A stretch of DNA of 40,748 bases from NCBI GenBank assembly GCA_001772665.1, contig MEVH01000014.1:1-40748 (forward strand), read 5' to 3'. This stretch comes from a candidate division WWE3 bacterium RIFCSPLOWO2_01_FULL_39_13 (lineage in GTDB: Bacteria; Patescibacteriota; WWE3; 2-01-FULL-39-13). The notes under the pieces are model-generated. The model worked only from the letters and a program-made list of their open reading frames with translations, had not been told where the DNA came from and did no database searches. A program made the translations under genes and the position numbers. Shown in pieces: positions 17,734-26,792 of this stretch; position 1 is the first letter of the stretch, and each line of letters opens with the position of its first letter.

Positions 17734-17798
17734 CCTGGGCGGTTATGTGGCTGACAAGCCAATTTACAAAACATAACCGCTCAGGATTTTCTCTTTTT
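17734..17798 (+). terminator. rho-independent terminator of peptide gene A
   Basis: 14-bp stem CCTGGGCGGTTATG (17734-17747) / CATAACCGCTCAGG (17772-17785) with one G-U pair, followed by ATTTTCTCTTTTT. Confidence 0.6.
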
Positions 17799-18080
17799 GC
17801 CCCAGTTTTTAAACGTTTCAAGGCTTTAACTCTTTTGTAGCGATCGTTTCATTTGTGGTAGTCATTCATAGTAATCTTCCTTAAGGCATTTATTTTACCT
17901 TAAGTGGTGCACTTCGTTTTAGAATCAACACAGTTTTTAGGTCTTGACACTGCTCCTGTATAATCGTTCTAACACTGTTCACGGTTCGGGTCAGGGAATG
18001 ATCCTAAATTTTTTAGGATGCTAATCAATTATTTGAAGTGTTACTGAGAAAACTTGATAAGAAATGATAAGGAAATGAAG

Positions 18081-20789
18081 ATGAATGAGGCGCAAACTCG
18101 AAAAAAATATATAGACGAGAAACTTAAAAAGGCGGGTTGGAAAAACATCATTCCATATGCCCCTGACCTCGATATTTCAAAACTCCACAAAACAGCTATA
18201 GAAGAATACCCAACTGAAAGAGGGCCTGCTGACTATGGCTTATTTTTACAAGGAATGTTAGTTGGAATAGTAGAGGCAAAAAAATTAGCCGTGGGGCCTC
18301 AAAATGTGCTCATGCAGGCTCATAGGTATGCCGATGCAATGGTTTTAAGGGATTCAGGGGCGCCTCCTTATGGAGTTCCATTCATCTACTCAACAAATGG
18401 CACTGTTATTTGGTTTGAGGATTTAAGGCATGATTACAGTAGGTCAAGAAAAGTAGCCGGATTTCATACACCAGAAGCAATAGATGAATTTATGAATTTT
18501 GACCTCAACACAAAGTTAGACTGGTTTACTAACAATCCACCAAATGCAAAAAAGCTAAGGTACTACCAAAAAGAAGCCATAGAAAATATTGAGAAAGCAA
18601 TACAGCAGAACAAAAGAGCAATGCTTGTTGCTATGGCTACTGGTACGGGAAAAACATACACGGTTGCATCTTTGATTTACAGGTTACTAAAATCAGGGGC
18701 TAGTAAAAGAGTCCTGTTTTTGGTTGATAGAAAGGCTTTGGCGGCGCAAGCTGTAACCGAATTTGCTTCATACGAGACTGAGGATAATCTGAAATTTAAT
18801 CAGATATATCAAGTATATAGCCAACAATTTCAAAATGGCTTTTTTAGCGCCGATGAGAAAATTGATTTTACTGTATTACCAAATTCATATCTTACCAATC
18901 CAGACGGGAGTCAGGTTTTTGTTTATGTAAGCACAATCCAAAGAATGAGAATTAATCTTTTTGGTAAAGAAGGAATGTTCTCGGAAAGCGGAGATTTTGA
19001 CCCAGAAGATGATGCAGACAAGCTGGATATCCCTATTCATGCTTTTGATACCATAATTGCAGATGAATGCCACAGAGGTTACACGGCAGAAGAAACCAGC
19101 AAATGGCGAGAGGTATTAGATCATTTCGATGCCACGAAAATAGGCTTAACAGCAACTCCTGCTGCACACACAACATCATATTTTAAAAATATTGTATACA
19201 GATATCCTTACGAGAAAGCGGTTCAAGATGGGTATTTAGTCGATTATGATGCTGTGAAAATTAATTCGGGCATCAGGTTGCAAGGACTAACAATCAAGGC
19301 AGGTGATGAAATAGAAAACATCGATCCAGATACTGGTGTACAACAACTAGACCTTCTAGAAGACGAAAAACAATTTGAGGCTTCTGATATAGAACGAAAG
19401 GTTACCTCTCCAGATAGCAACAGAAAGATAATCGAAGAGATAAAAAAATATACAGAAGAGCACGAAAAAGAAACTGGAAGATTTCCTAAAATATTAATTT
19501 TTGCCCATAACGATTTACAACACACATCACACGCAGATCAAATAGTAGACCTTTGTCGAGATGTCTTTGGTAGAGGCGATGCGTTTGTCCAGAAAATTAC
19601 AGGAGCACCAAATGTTGATAGGCCATTGCAAAGAATAAAAGAGTTTAGAAATAGACCTGATCCACACATTGTTGTTACGGTAGATATGTTAACTACAGGA
19701 GTAGATATACCTGCACTCGAATACCTCGTTTTTATGAGATCTGTTAAGTCAAGAATTCTATTTGAACAAATGATGGGTAGAGGCACTAGACTTTGTAAGC
19801 AATTTCCAAACGGTTTAGATACACCACCAAAGACTAACTTTACGGTTTTCGATTGTTTCGGAGGCACACTTTTAGAAAGTTTTAGAAATGAAACCGGAAT
19901 AACAGAAACCGCACCTCTTTTACCAACACGGTCTCTTGAACAAATAATTGAAGATATTAGCAATAATGTTGACCTTGAGTACAATACTCGCTGTTTAATA
20001 AAGCGGCTTCAAAGGATAAATAAAACAATAACGGCAGAAGGCCGGGAAATGTTAGAAAAGTTTATAGAAGATGGCGATATAGGCGAATTTGCAAAGAATT
20101 TACCCGAAATGCTCGATAATGAAAGGGGCAAAACTCTAAAGCTTCTTACTAACCAAGAGTTTATAAATTTTCTTAGAAACTATCCTAGAGCTCCAAGGCG
20201 ATTTATTAAGGCTATTGAGTCAGAAGATACTGTTACTTCAGAATATGTATTTAGAACAACTGATGGAAAAGAATTAAAAATAGGAGATTATATAGAGGCT
20301 TTCGAAAGGTTTGTAAAAGAAAATCCCGAGCATGTAGAAGCGATCTCTATAGTATTGGATAAGCCCAAAAAGTGGGGCACACAGGCTCTAAGAGAGCTTA
20401 GAGCATCTCTTAGACAACAACCCGAGAGGTTTACAGAAGACAATTTAAGAAAGGCATATAAATACCCGCTTGCCGATATTATCTCAATGGTCAAGCACGC
20501 AGGAAAAGATGAACCTATTTTATCTGCAAAGGAACGTATTGATCTTGCTATAGAGAAGGTTTTTGGTAACACTAAACTATCTCCTCAACAAGAAAAGTGG
20601 GTTTCGTTGATAAGCTCACATTTAATAGAAAATTTAACTATAGAAAAGGAAGATTTTAACAATATGCCAATATTTGTTGATAGTGGAGGTAGTTTTCAAA
20701 AGGTTAATCGAGATTTCGATAATAATTTAGAGGTGTTTATTAATCAGATAAATTTGGCAATACCGGAGGTTTACGCTTATGCAAAATAA
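18081..20789 (+). CDS. hsdR: type I restriction enzyme, R subunit
   Basis: N-terminal NEAQTRKKYIDEKLKKAGW, Walker A MATGTGKTYT, DEAH-like IIADECHRG and motif VI QMMGRGTR. ATG 18081 is preferred because AAGGAA lies 6 nt upstream. The ORF track starts at TTG 18054. Confidence 0.9.
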   Translation: MNEAQTRKKYIDEKLKKAGWKNIIPYAPDLDISKLHKTAIEEYPTERGPADYGLFLQGMLVGIVEAKKLAVGPQNVLMQAHRYADAMVLRDSGAPPYGVPFIYSTNGTVIWFEDLRHDYSRSRKVAGFHTPEAIDEFMNFDLNTKLDWFTNNPPNAKKLRYYQKEAIENIEKAIQQNKRAMLVAMATGTGKTYTVASLIYRLLKSGASKRVLFLVDRKALAAQAVTEFASYETEDNLKFNQIYQVYSQQFQNGFFSADEKIDFTVLPNSYLTNPDGSQVFVYVSTIQRMRINLFGKEGMFSESGDFDPEDDADKLDIPIHAFDTIIADECHRGYTAEETSKWREVLDHFDATKIGLTATPAAHTTSYFKNIVYRYPYEKAVQDGYLVDYDAVKINSGIRLQGLTIKAGDEIENIDPDTGVQQLDLLEDEKQFEASDIERKVTSPDSNRKIIEEIKKYTEEHEKETGRFPKILIFAHNDLQHTSHADQIVDLCRDVFGRGDAFVQKITGAPNVDRPLQRIKEFRNRPDPHIVVTVDMLTTGVDIPALEYLVFMRSVKSRILFEQMMGRGTRLCKQFPNGLDTPPKTNFTVFDCFGGTLLESFRNETGITETAPLLPTRSLEQIIEDISNNVDLEYNTRCLIKRLQRINKTITAEGREMLEKFIEDGDIGEFAKNLPEMLDNERGKTLKLLTNQEFINFLRNYPRAPRRFIKAIESEDTVTSEYVFRTTDGKELKIGDYIEAFERFVKENPEHVEAISIVLDKPKKWGTQALRELRASLRQQPERFTEDNLRKAYKYPLADIISMVKHAGKDEPILSAKERIDLAIEKVFGNTKLSPQQEKWVSLISSHLIENLTIEKEDFNNMPIFVDSGGSFQKVNRDFDNNLEVFINQINLAIPEVYAYAK

Positions 20790-22197
20790 TACTGATGTTG
20801 TAAATAAATTATGGGGATTTTGCCACATTCTAAGACATGACGGAATGGATTATGGCGACTATGTAGAACAGCTAACATTCCTGCTATTTCTTAAAATGGC
20901 AGACGAAAAAGGTGTTGAGATTCCTAAGGCATACTCATGGGAAGTACTTAAATATAAATCGGGAACAGATCTCACAGATTTTTATCAAGATCTATTAAGA
21001 ACTTTATCTAAAGAAGATGGCATTCTAGGGGATATTTTTGCAGAGGCTCTATCAAAATTCACAAAGCCCGTAAATCTCAAAAAGCTTATCGACCTTATAG
21101 ATGACATTGATTGGTCTGGTTTGAATGTTGATGTAAAGGCAGAAGCCTATGAGGGTTTACTTGAAAAGTCTGCGAGTGAAGGTAAAAAGGGTGCTGGGCA
21201 ATACTTTACGCCTAGGGTTTTGATCAATGCGATTGTTAGATGTGTTAAGCCAGATCCTAGAGTTTCAAAAGAGTTTACAGTATCAGATCCCGCATCTGGT
21301 ACGGGTGGGTTTTTGGTTTCGGCGTATCAATGGTTTTTAGACGAAGTTGGAAGTGCTATTAATCGTGATGATTTAGATAGGATTAGGAAGCAAACTTATT
21401 ATGGTACAGAGCTTGTGGCAAGACCAAGGAGACTTGCTCTAATGAATTTATATCTGCATGGAATACTTTCACAGATAAGATTAGCTGATTCAATTTACGA
21501 GCCTGATAAAGGTGATCGGTTTGATGTAGTACTTACAAATCCTCCTTTTGGTACTAAGGGAGCAAATCAAGTGCCCGAAAGGCAAGATTTTACTATTGGT
21601 ACAAGTAACAAGCAGTTAAATTTTGTACAGCATATATTAACCATATTAAAATCAGGCGGAAGAGCAGCGGTTGTTTTACCAGACAATGTTTTATTTGCAG
21701 ATCAGGCAGGGGAAATTTTTAAAATCTTAATGCAGGATTGTAATTTGCACACAATCTTAAGACTTCCAAGAGGTACATTTACTCCATATTCACAAGGTGT
21801 TAAAGCAAATGTAATCTTTTTCACTAAAGGTTTGCCGACAGAAAAAGTTTGGATTTATGATGCCAGAACTAATGTCCCTATAGTTACTAAAAAAGATAGA
21901 CCATTAACAGATAAGCACTTTGATGAATTTGTTAAATGTTATGGAGATAATCCAGGCGGAACTTCTAAACGAAGTGAAGATTGTTCAAAAGAAGGCAGAT
22001 GGAAACCGTTTTCAATAGAACAAGTAAAAGAAAGAAATTACAAGTTAGATAGCTTTAAATGGTTAAAAGATGAGGATCTAGAAGACCCCGACGATCTACC
22101 AGACCCAGAAGAATTAATAACCGACATTTTATCCGAACTAAAAGAAGCTATCGATGGATTAGAAAAAATACAGGAGGAACTGGAGAATGGAGACTGA
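20779..22197 (+). CDS. hsdM: type I R-M N6-adenine DNA methyltransferase, M subunit
   Basis: 472-aa ORF with SAM motif DPASGTGGFL and catalytic LTNPPFG. It overlaps hsdR by 11 nt. Confidence 0.93.
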   Translation: MQNNTDVVNKLWGFCHILRHDGMDYGDYVEQLTFLLFLKMADEKGVEIPKAYSWEVLKYKSGTDLTDFYQDLLRTLSKEDGILGDIFAEALSKFTKPVNLKKLIDLIDDIDWSGLNVDVKAEAYEGLLEKSASEGKKGAGQYFTPRVLINAIVRCVKPDPRVSKEFTVSDPASGTGGFLVSAYQWFLDEVGSAINRDDLDRIRKQTYYGTELVARPRRLALMNLYLHGILSQIRLADSIYEPDKGDRFDVVLTNPPFGTKGANQVPERQDFTIGTSNKQLNFVQHILTILKSGGRAAVVLPDNVLFADQAGEIFKILMQDCNLHTILRLPRGTFTPYSQGVKANVIFFTKGLPTEKVWIYDARTNVPIVTKKDRPLTDKHFDEFVKCYGDNPGGTSKRSEDCSKEGRWKPFSIEQVKERNYKLDSFKWLKDEDLEDPDDLPDPEELITDILSELKEAIDGLEKIQEELENGD

Positions 22198-23527
22198 AGA
22201 TATCAAATGGAAACAATACAAACTTGGTGACATTGCGGAATACCAAAACGGTAGAGCTTTTAAAAAAAGTGAATGGAAAAAATACGGATTACCTATAATC
22301 AGAATTCAAAATCTCACGGGAAGTACAAAAATAGTCAATTATGCTGATAATAACTACGACGATAAATTTTCAGTTAAGGAAGGGGATTTGTTGTTATCAT
22401 GGTCAGCAACTTTAGGCGTCTATAATTGGATAGGAAAAGACGCGTGGTTAAATCAGCACATATTCAAGGTAAATCCTAACGAGAATATTGTAACCAAGGA
22501 TTTTTGTTTTTACATTCTTCAAAAAGCAATAAAGGAACTTTCTTCAAAAACACATGGGACGGGAATGGTGCATATAACAAAAAAGATTTTTGAAGATCAC
22601 TTAATATCTTTGCCTGAAAAGATCAGCGATCAAATTAAATTAACAAAAAAGCTTGATGATATAGGCGAATATAAAAGTAGTGTGTCTGGCACACTTATTT
22701 CATCTTCAATTAAAGCCAGTTTCTTTCGCCAAGCAATCCTCCACGCTGCAGTCACCGGCAAATTGACAAAGGATTGGAGAATTAAGAACCCAAAATCAAC
22801 ACCTGTTCAGGAAATTATAAATAAGATCAAAACCAAACGACTAGATGAGGCTAAAACAGCTTCTAAACGCAAGGGAATTGAGCGTATATACGCCGAAGAC
22901 GAAAACAATTCTAATTCTGATTTACCAGAGGAGTGGGAATTTGTTTCACTAGCAAAGTTGTGTAAATCCTTTGATTACGGAACTTCTAAAAAGTCATCAA
23001 AAACTGGTAAGATCCCTGTTTTAAGAATGGGAAATCTCCAAGAAGGCAGTATTAACTGGGAAAATTTAGTGTATACCTCAGATAAGCCAGAGGTTGAAAA
23101 ATACAAATTGCAACCAAATACCGTTCTCTTTAATAGAACCAATAGCCCTGAATTGGTCGGAAAAACCTCAATATACAAAAGTACCCGAGACGCAATCTTT
23201 GCGGGATATCTAATTAGAATAGTGAATTATCCGGAATTAGATCCTGACTATTTAAATTATTATCTTAATTCTTCACATGCAAAATCATACTTTCGTGATA
23301 TCAAAACCGATGGCGTAAGCCAGTCAAACATAAACGCACAAAAATTAAGCAAGGTAGGAATACCTTATTGTTCTATTCAAGAACAGAAAGAAATCGTAAA
23401 AAGGGTAGAAAAGTTATTTGCGCTCCAAGAAGACATTTTAAAAAAGATCGGCGATGCCGAAGTTAAATCAGAACAGCTCACTCAATCTGTCTTAAATAAA
23501 GCTTTTAGTGGAGGGTTGGTAAATTGA
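22187..23527 (+). CDS. hsdS: type I R-M specificity subunit
   Basis: 446-aa ORF with two target-recognition-domain halves (LGDIAEYQNGRAF... and FVSLAKLCKSFDYGTSKKS...), each followed by a conserved helical spacer. It overlaps hsdM by 11 nt. Confidence 0.88.
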   Translation: METEDIKWKQYKLGDIAEYQNGRAFKKSEWKKYGLPIIRIQNLTGSTKIVNYADNNYDDKFSVKEGDLLLSWSATLGVYNWIGKDAWLNQHIFKVNPNENIVTKDFCFYILQKAIKELSSKTHGTGMVHITKKIFEDHLISLPEKISDQIKLTKKLDDIGEYKSSVSGTLISSSIKASFFRQAILHAAVTGKLTKDWRIKNPKSTPVQEIINKIKTKRLDEAKTASKRKGIERIYAEDENNSNSDLPEEWEFVSLAKLCKSFDYGTSKKSSKTGKIPVLRMGNLQEGSINWENLVYTSDKPEVEKYKLQPNTVLFNRTNSPELVGKTSIYKSTRDAIFAGYLIRIVNYPELDPDYLNYYLNSSHAKSYFRDIKTDGVSQSNINAQKLSKVGIPYCSIQEQKEIVKRVEKLFALQEDILKKIGDAEVKSEQLTQSVLNKAFSGGLVN

Positions 23528-23528
23528 T

Positions 23529-24314
23529 ATGAAATTTTTACAGAATAAATTCATCATTTTAGCTACAATATCTATCTTTATTACAGTTTTAGTCTTGCTT
23601 TATTTTTACGGATACAAGTTGGGCGTCGTGCAAGAGGAGGCTTCCTCAATCATTGTAAATGCAATACTGATGCTACTTGCAACTTTTATTGGTATTTCAT
23701 TACCTCTTTATGCAAACTCTGAAAATGAGAGACAAAGGAAAAACGAAGAATTAAAAACCTCTTACATTTCTATAGCACGATATGTTGGAGAAGAGCTAGC
23801 AGATAACATAATTCAAATTGAAGACTTAATGTCTAATAACAAAAAAACAATCAAAGAATTGAAAGATAAACTTGCCCAGACCACTGAAGAACAAGGGGCT
23901 CGACAGTTATTAGGCGTCTGGAAAGCTTTTTCAGATGACTTATTAATTGGGCTAGAAGATATCAACCATAGGGCATTGATTATGTCGGGGGTCCTCACGA
24001 AACTTCCTGACAATGTCGTAAATTCGGAAATAAAACTCGCCTACTCTAAGATGGCTAATCTAAAACAAAGACTTAGAAGAATATCATTTTTCTTTGGAAT
24101 GATACTTCTTCCACCGCCCGATTTCCCCAAGCAAGTAATTATGGGTATGTTAAAAAGCAAAGTTCCAGAGTCAATCAAAAGTGTTACTGAAGATATTAAT
24201 ATATTTATTGAATCTGCGAGAGGGGCTATTAAGAAAATCAACAAAATAATCGAACCGTATGGGAAGGAAATAAAAATTGTAGTTGATGGAAATCAAAATA
24301 TGCAGAATTTATGA
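23529..24314 (+). CDS. hypothetical 2-TM protein appended to the type I R-M operon
   Basis: 261-aa ORF starting 1 nt after the hsdS stop (TGATATG). Two N-terminal hydrophobic helices (FIILATISIFITVLVLLYFYGY and IIVNAILMLLATFIGISLPLY) precede a helical soluble region. Confidence 0.55.
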   Translation: MKFLQNKFIILATISIFITVLVLLYFYGYKLGVVQEEASSIIVNAILMLLATFIGISLPLYANSENERQRKNEELKTSYISIARYVGEELADNIIQIEDLMSNNKKTIKELKDKLAQTTEEQGARQLLGVWKAFSDDLLIGLEDINHRALIMSGVLTKLPDNVVNSEIKLAYSKMANLKQRLRRISFFFGMILLPPPDFPKQVIMGMLKSKVPESIKSVTEDINIFIESARGAIKKINKIIEPYGKEIKIVVDGNQNMQNL

Positions 24315-24391
24315 TAGAAAAACGAGAATTGGCAAATAAAATAGTTGAGATTATGGGGAGATTATAAACAACCAAGATTGTAATTACACAG

Positions 24392-25090
24392 ATGAAAAAG
24401 GGTGGCAAAGGAAAAGTTAACAAAAAATGCATCTATTGTGGCAAAAAAGCTGAAACTAAAGATCATATACCTTCAAAGAATTTATACCCAAAAACAAAAG
24501 GTTTAAATTTTACTACGGTTCCGAGCTGTAATAAATGCAATCAAAGTTTCTCAAGTGATGAGGTCTTTTTTAGAGACCATATTACAGCTTTTTCACTTGA
24601 TAAATCGATGAATGCTAGCTACTTATTTGATACAAAAATTAAAAGGTCAATCATAAAAGACAAGACACTAGCAAATTATATGTTTAACAAAATGAGTATT
24701 GTTGAGGTCAAAACACCACAAGGCTTATATATGGGCAAAAAGACTGCAATAACAATGAATAATAATGATTGGCAACATATCTATAAAGTTTTGGATAAAA
24801 CAATAAAAGGCTTAGTATACATTGAGCTAAATAAAGTACTACCAAAAGGTCATATCATTAAACACTTTGTTAAAACTGGTCCAGAGCTTGAAAAAAAGCA
24901 TAAAGATATATTAGATATTATGAACTGGAATACTTCGTTTTATCCTGACATTTTCCTTTATGGTTTTAACAGAGTACCAGAACGATTTGATTCGATATGG
25001 ATAACACAATTTTTTGGAACGGTTGTCTTTATGACCTTTATAAGACACAAAGATCAACCTAGTAATTTGCCAGATGTGCAAACGGCTTAG
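24392..25090 (+). CDS. HNH-like nuclease domain protein
   Basis: 232-aa ORF. The N-terminal CIYCGKKAETKDHIPSKNLYP...VPSCNKCN fits a CxxC...DH...CxxCN beta-beta-alpha-metal finger. The C-terminal ~170 aa are unassigned. Confidence 0.5.
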   Translation: MKKGGKGKVNKKCIYCGKKAETKDHIPSKNLYPKTKGLNFTTVPSCNKCNQSFSSDEVFFRDHITAFSLDKSMNASYLFDTKIKRSIIKDKTLANYMFNKMSIVEVKTPQGLYMGKKTAITMNNNDWQHIYKVLDKTIKGLVYIELNKVLPKGHIIKHFVKTGPELEKKHKDILDIMNWNTSFYPDIFLYGFNRVPERFDSIWITQFFGTVVFMTFIRHKDQPSNLPDVQTA

Positions 25091-25301
25091 AGCGTTTATC
25101 AAATTCCCTCTACAATCTTAACCATCCCCGCCTCAACTAATTCAAGCACATGGTTGGTGCATAAAGCCTGTATAGTATCGCTGTGTTTTGGGGGGGCCAA
25201 ATGGATATTAGTATAAATGGTATAGTTTGAATTCTTCCCGGGAAAAAGACCAGAAAACAAGTTAATGAGCTCTTAAAACTTTTAGGCCAAAAAGAACTTG
25301 A

Positions 25302-26792
25302 TTAACCCACATAACACTTCCTAACATCTTCGGCTATGTAGAGCCAGGAAGAACTATTGACCGATTCTGCTATTGTGTCGAAAGATTTTATCCAGTCATA
25401 ATGCAGGTTTTCATCATCTAAAGACAAGTTCTGAAGTGCGGTATTTATTAAGACCCTTTTTTGCTCTGGTTCAGAACTTTCAAACAGCTCTCTCGCCCTT
25501 GAGGCAAGGTTAAGCACGTAATTTGCGTTGATATAATAGGTTTCGTCGGCTTCACGGGTATTAGACATTTTTCTTTCCAAACTTTCTTGCTTGGTACGAT
25601 ACTCTTTTCGTTTTTTTTCATAGAAGCTATTAGTAATACTACGGTCGAGCATGTCTTCGTACATCCTTTCGATTCTTGTTTCGTATTTTTGGTATTCGGT
25701 TTGGTACCTTTCGTGTAAATCCTTCTGAAAATGCTTTTTATCTTCGTGAGATTCTTTTAATGATTTGGTTATTTCATCAACAGCTTCTTGTGGAAGCTTA
25801 ATTTGACCGAATATATCAAGGAATCGTTGTGTAAGTGTGTTCTCGTTTAACCATTTTGCGTCGTGCTTGCCTTGGTATTGAGTGCAATGATAGTACACAT
25901 ACTGCCCCTTTTTCTTTTCAGGAGTAATCATGCAACCGCATACTGAACATCTTATTAGGCCTCTGTATAAATAGGGTAGCCCGGCATATTTGAATTTTTT
26001 CTTATTATGCCCGGCCTTTACTTCCTGAACTGCATCAAAAAGCTCCTTGGAAACAATTCGGTCGTATTTATGTGGATACAATTGCCCGTCATATAACATT
26101 GTTCCGTGATAGAACGGGTTTCTTAGGATTTGATCTACTTTGCTTTTGGTGCATTTCAGGTTGAAGATCTCGACCAGCTTATTTCTGATCTCTAACATTG
26201 AATAGCTTTTAGTTGAGTACCATTCAAAGATTTTCTTTACAATCTCTGCTTCTGGTTGTTCGATCTCTATCCACTTTTTATTTTTATCTATGTCTACATT
26301 TCTGTATCCAAAGGGAGCCTTCCCTGGCCACTCGCCATTTTCTAGCTTTCTTTGCGCTGTAATTTTCGAATCTTCTTTCAGCCGGTTAAGATATTGCTTG
26401 GCAAGGTATACCTTCGTGTCCCAGTCGGTAATATCCCTGCCTACAGAGTTTTTGTCTATGACAAGCCTATCGTAAACGAAATGGATCTCTTTATCGTAAT
26501 CAAGCCTTAATTCATCTATAGCGACGGCATCTCTGTAATTTCTTGTTATGCGGTCTACACGATAGGCGATAATTGCTTTAACATCATCGTTGGCTTTTAC
26601 AAAATCAAGCATTTCCTTAAATTTTCTTCTTATCTTGTAATCGGCACTTTCGCTAAATACATACTCGATAGTTTTATTAAATCCTTTTTCTTTTGCGTAT
26701 TCCCTTAGCATCGGTAACTGAATATCTTGTAAAGATAAACCTTCTTTTTCTTGTCTTAGGGTTGATACACGGGCTAGGATGACGGCTTTCAT
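25302..26792 (-). CDS. large serine recombinase (integrase)
   Basis: 496-aa ORF with catalytic ILARVSTLRQ, VDRITRN, zinc ribbon CSVCGC...YYHC and a coiled-coil C-terminus. Its start overlaps the upstream gene's stop (ATGA 26789-26792). Confidence 0.92.
   Translation of the reverse strand: MKAVILARVSTLRQEKEGLSLQDIQLPMLREYAKEKGFNKTIEYVFSESADYKIRRKFKEMLDFVKANDDVKAIIAYRVDRITRNYRDAVAIDELRLDYDKEIHFVYDRLVIDKNSVGRDITDWDTKVYLAKQYLNRLKEDSKITAQRKLENGEWPGKAPFGYRNVDIDKNKKWIEIEQPEAEIVKKIFEWYSTKSYSMLEIRNKLVEIFNLKCTKSKVDQILRNPFYHGTMLYDGQLYPHKYDRIVSKELFDAVQEVKAGHNKKKFKYAGLPYLYRGLIRCSVCGCMITPEKKKGQYVYYHCTQYQGKHDAKWLNENTLTQRFLDIFGQIKLPQEAVDEITKSLKESHEDKKHFQKDLHERYQTEYQKYETRIERMYEDMLDRSITNSFYEKKRKEYRTKQESLERKMSNTREADETYYINANYVLNLASRARELFESSEPEQKRVLINTALQNLSLDDENLHYDWIKSFDTIAESVNSSSWLYIAEDVRKCYVG

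Noticed and set aside
17504-17821. 105-aa and 65-aa minus-strand ORFs from the track (17504-17821, 17577-17774), and the analogous 110-aa ORF at 33935-34267
   Set aside because: They are antisense to the Cys-rich peptide cassettes. Their length is a by-product of the locally high GC. The differences between the two cassette copies are synonymous only in the plus-strand frame. The plus strand also has the promoter, SD and terminator.
17945-17972. TTGACA ... TATAAT upstream of hsdR as a promoter
   Set aside because: The two hexamers are separated by only 9 nt (TTGACActgctcctgTATAAT), far from the 16-18 nt required. At best the TATAAT acts with a different -35. This is not enough to call.
1414-20572. 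Antisense or out-of-frame ORFs inside pyrG, dnaG, rpoD and hsdR (for example 1414-1755, 4011-4421, 6677-7012, 19538-19984, 20288-20572)
   Set aside because: They are embedded in genes with unambiguous conserved motifs on the other frame or strand, and they have no independent start signals.
22187-26792. Phase-variable hsdS shuffling driven by the nearby serine recombinase
   Set aside because: Only one hsdS gene is present. I saw no inverted duplicate TRD segments or silent hsdS cassettes. The recombinase belongs to the neighbouring minus-strand MGE operon.
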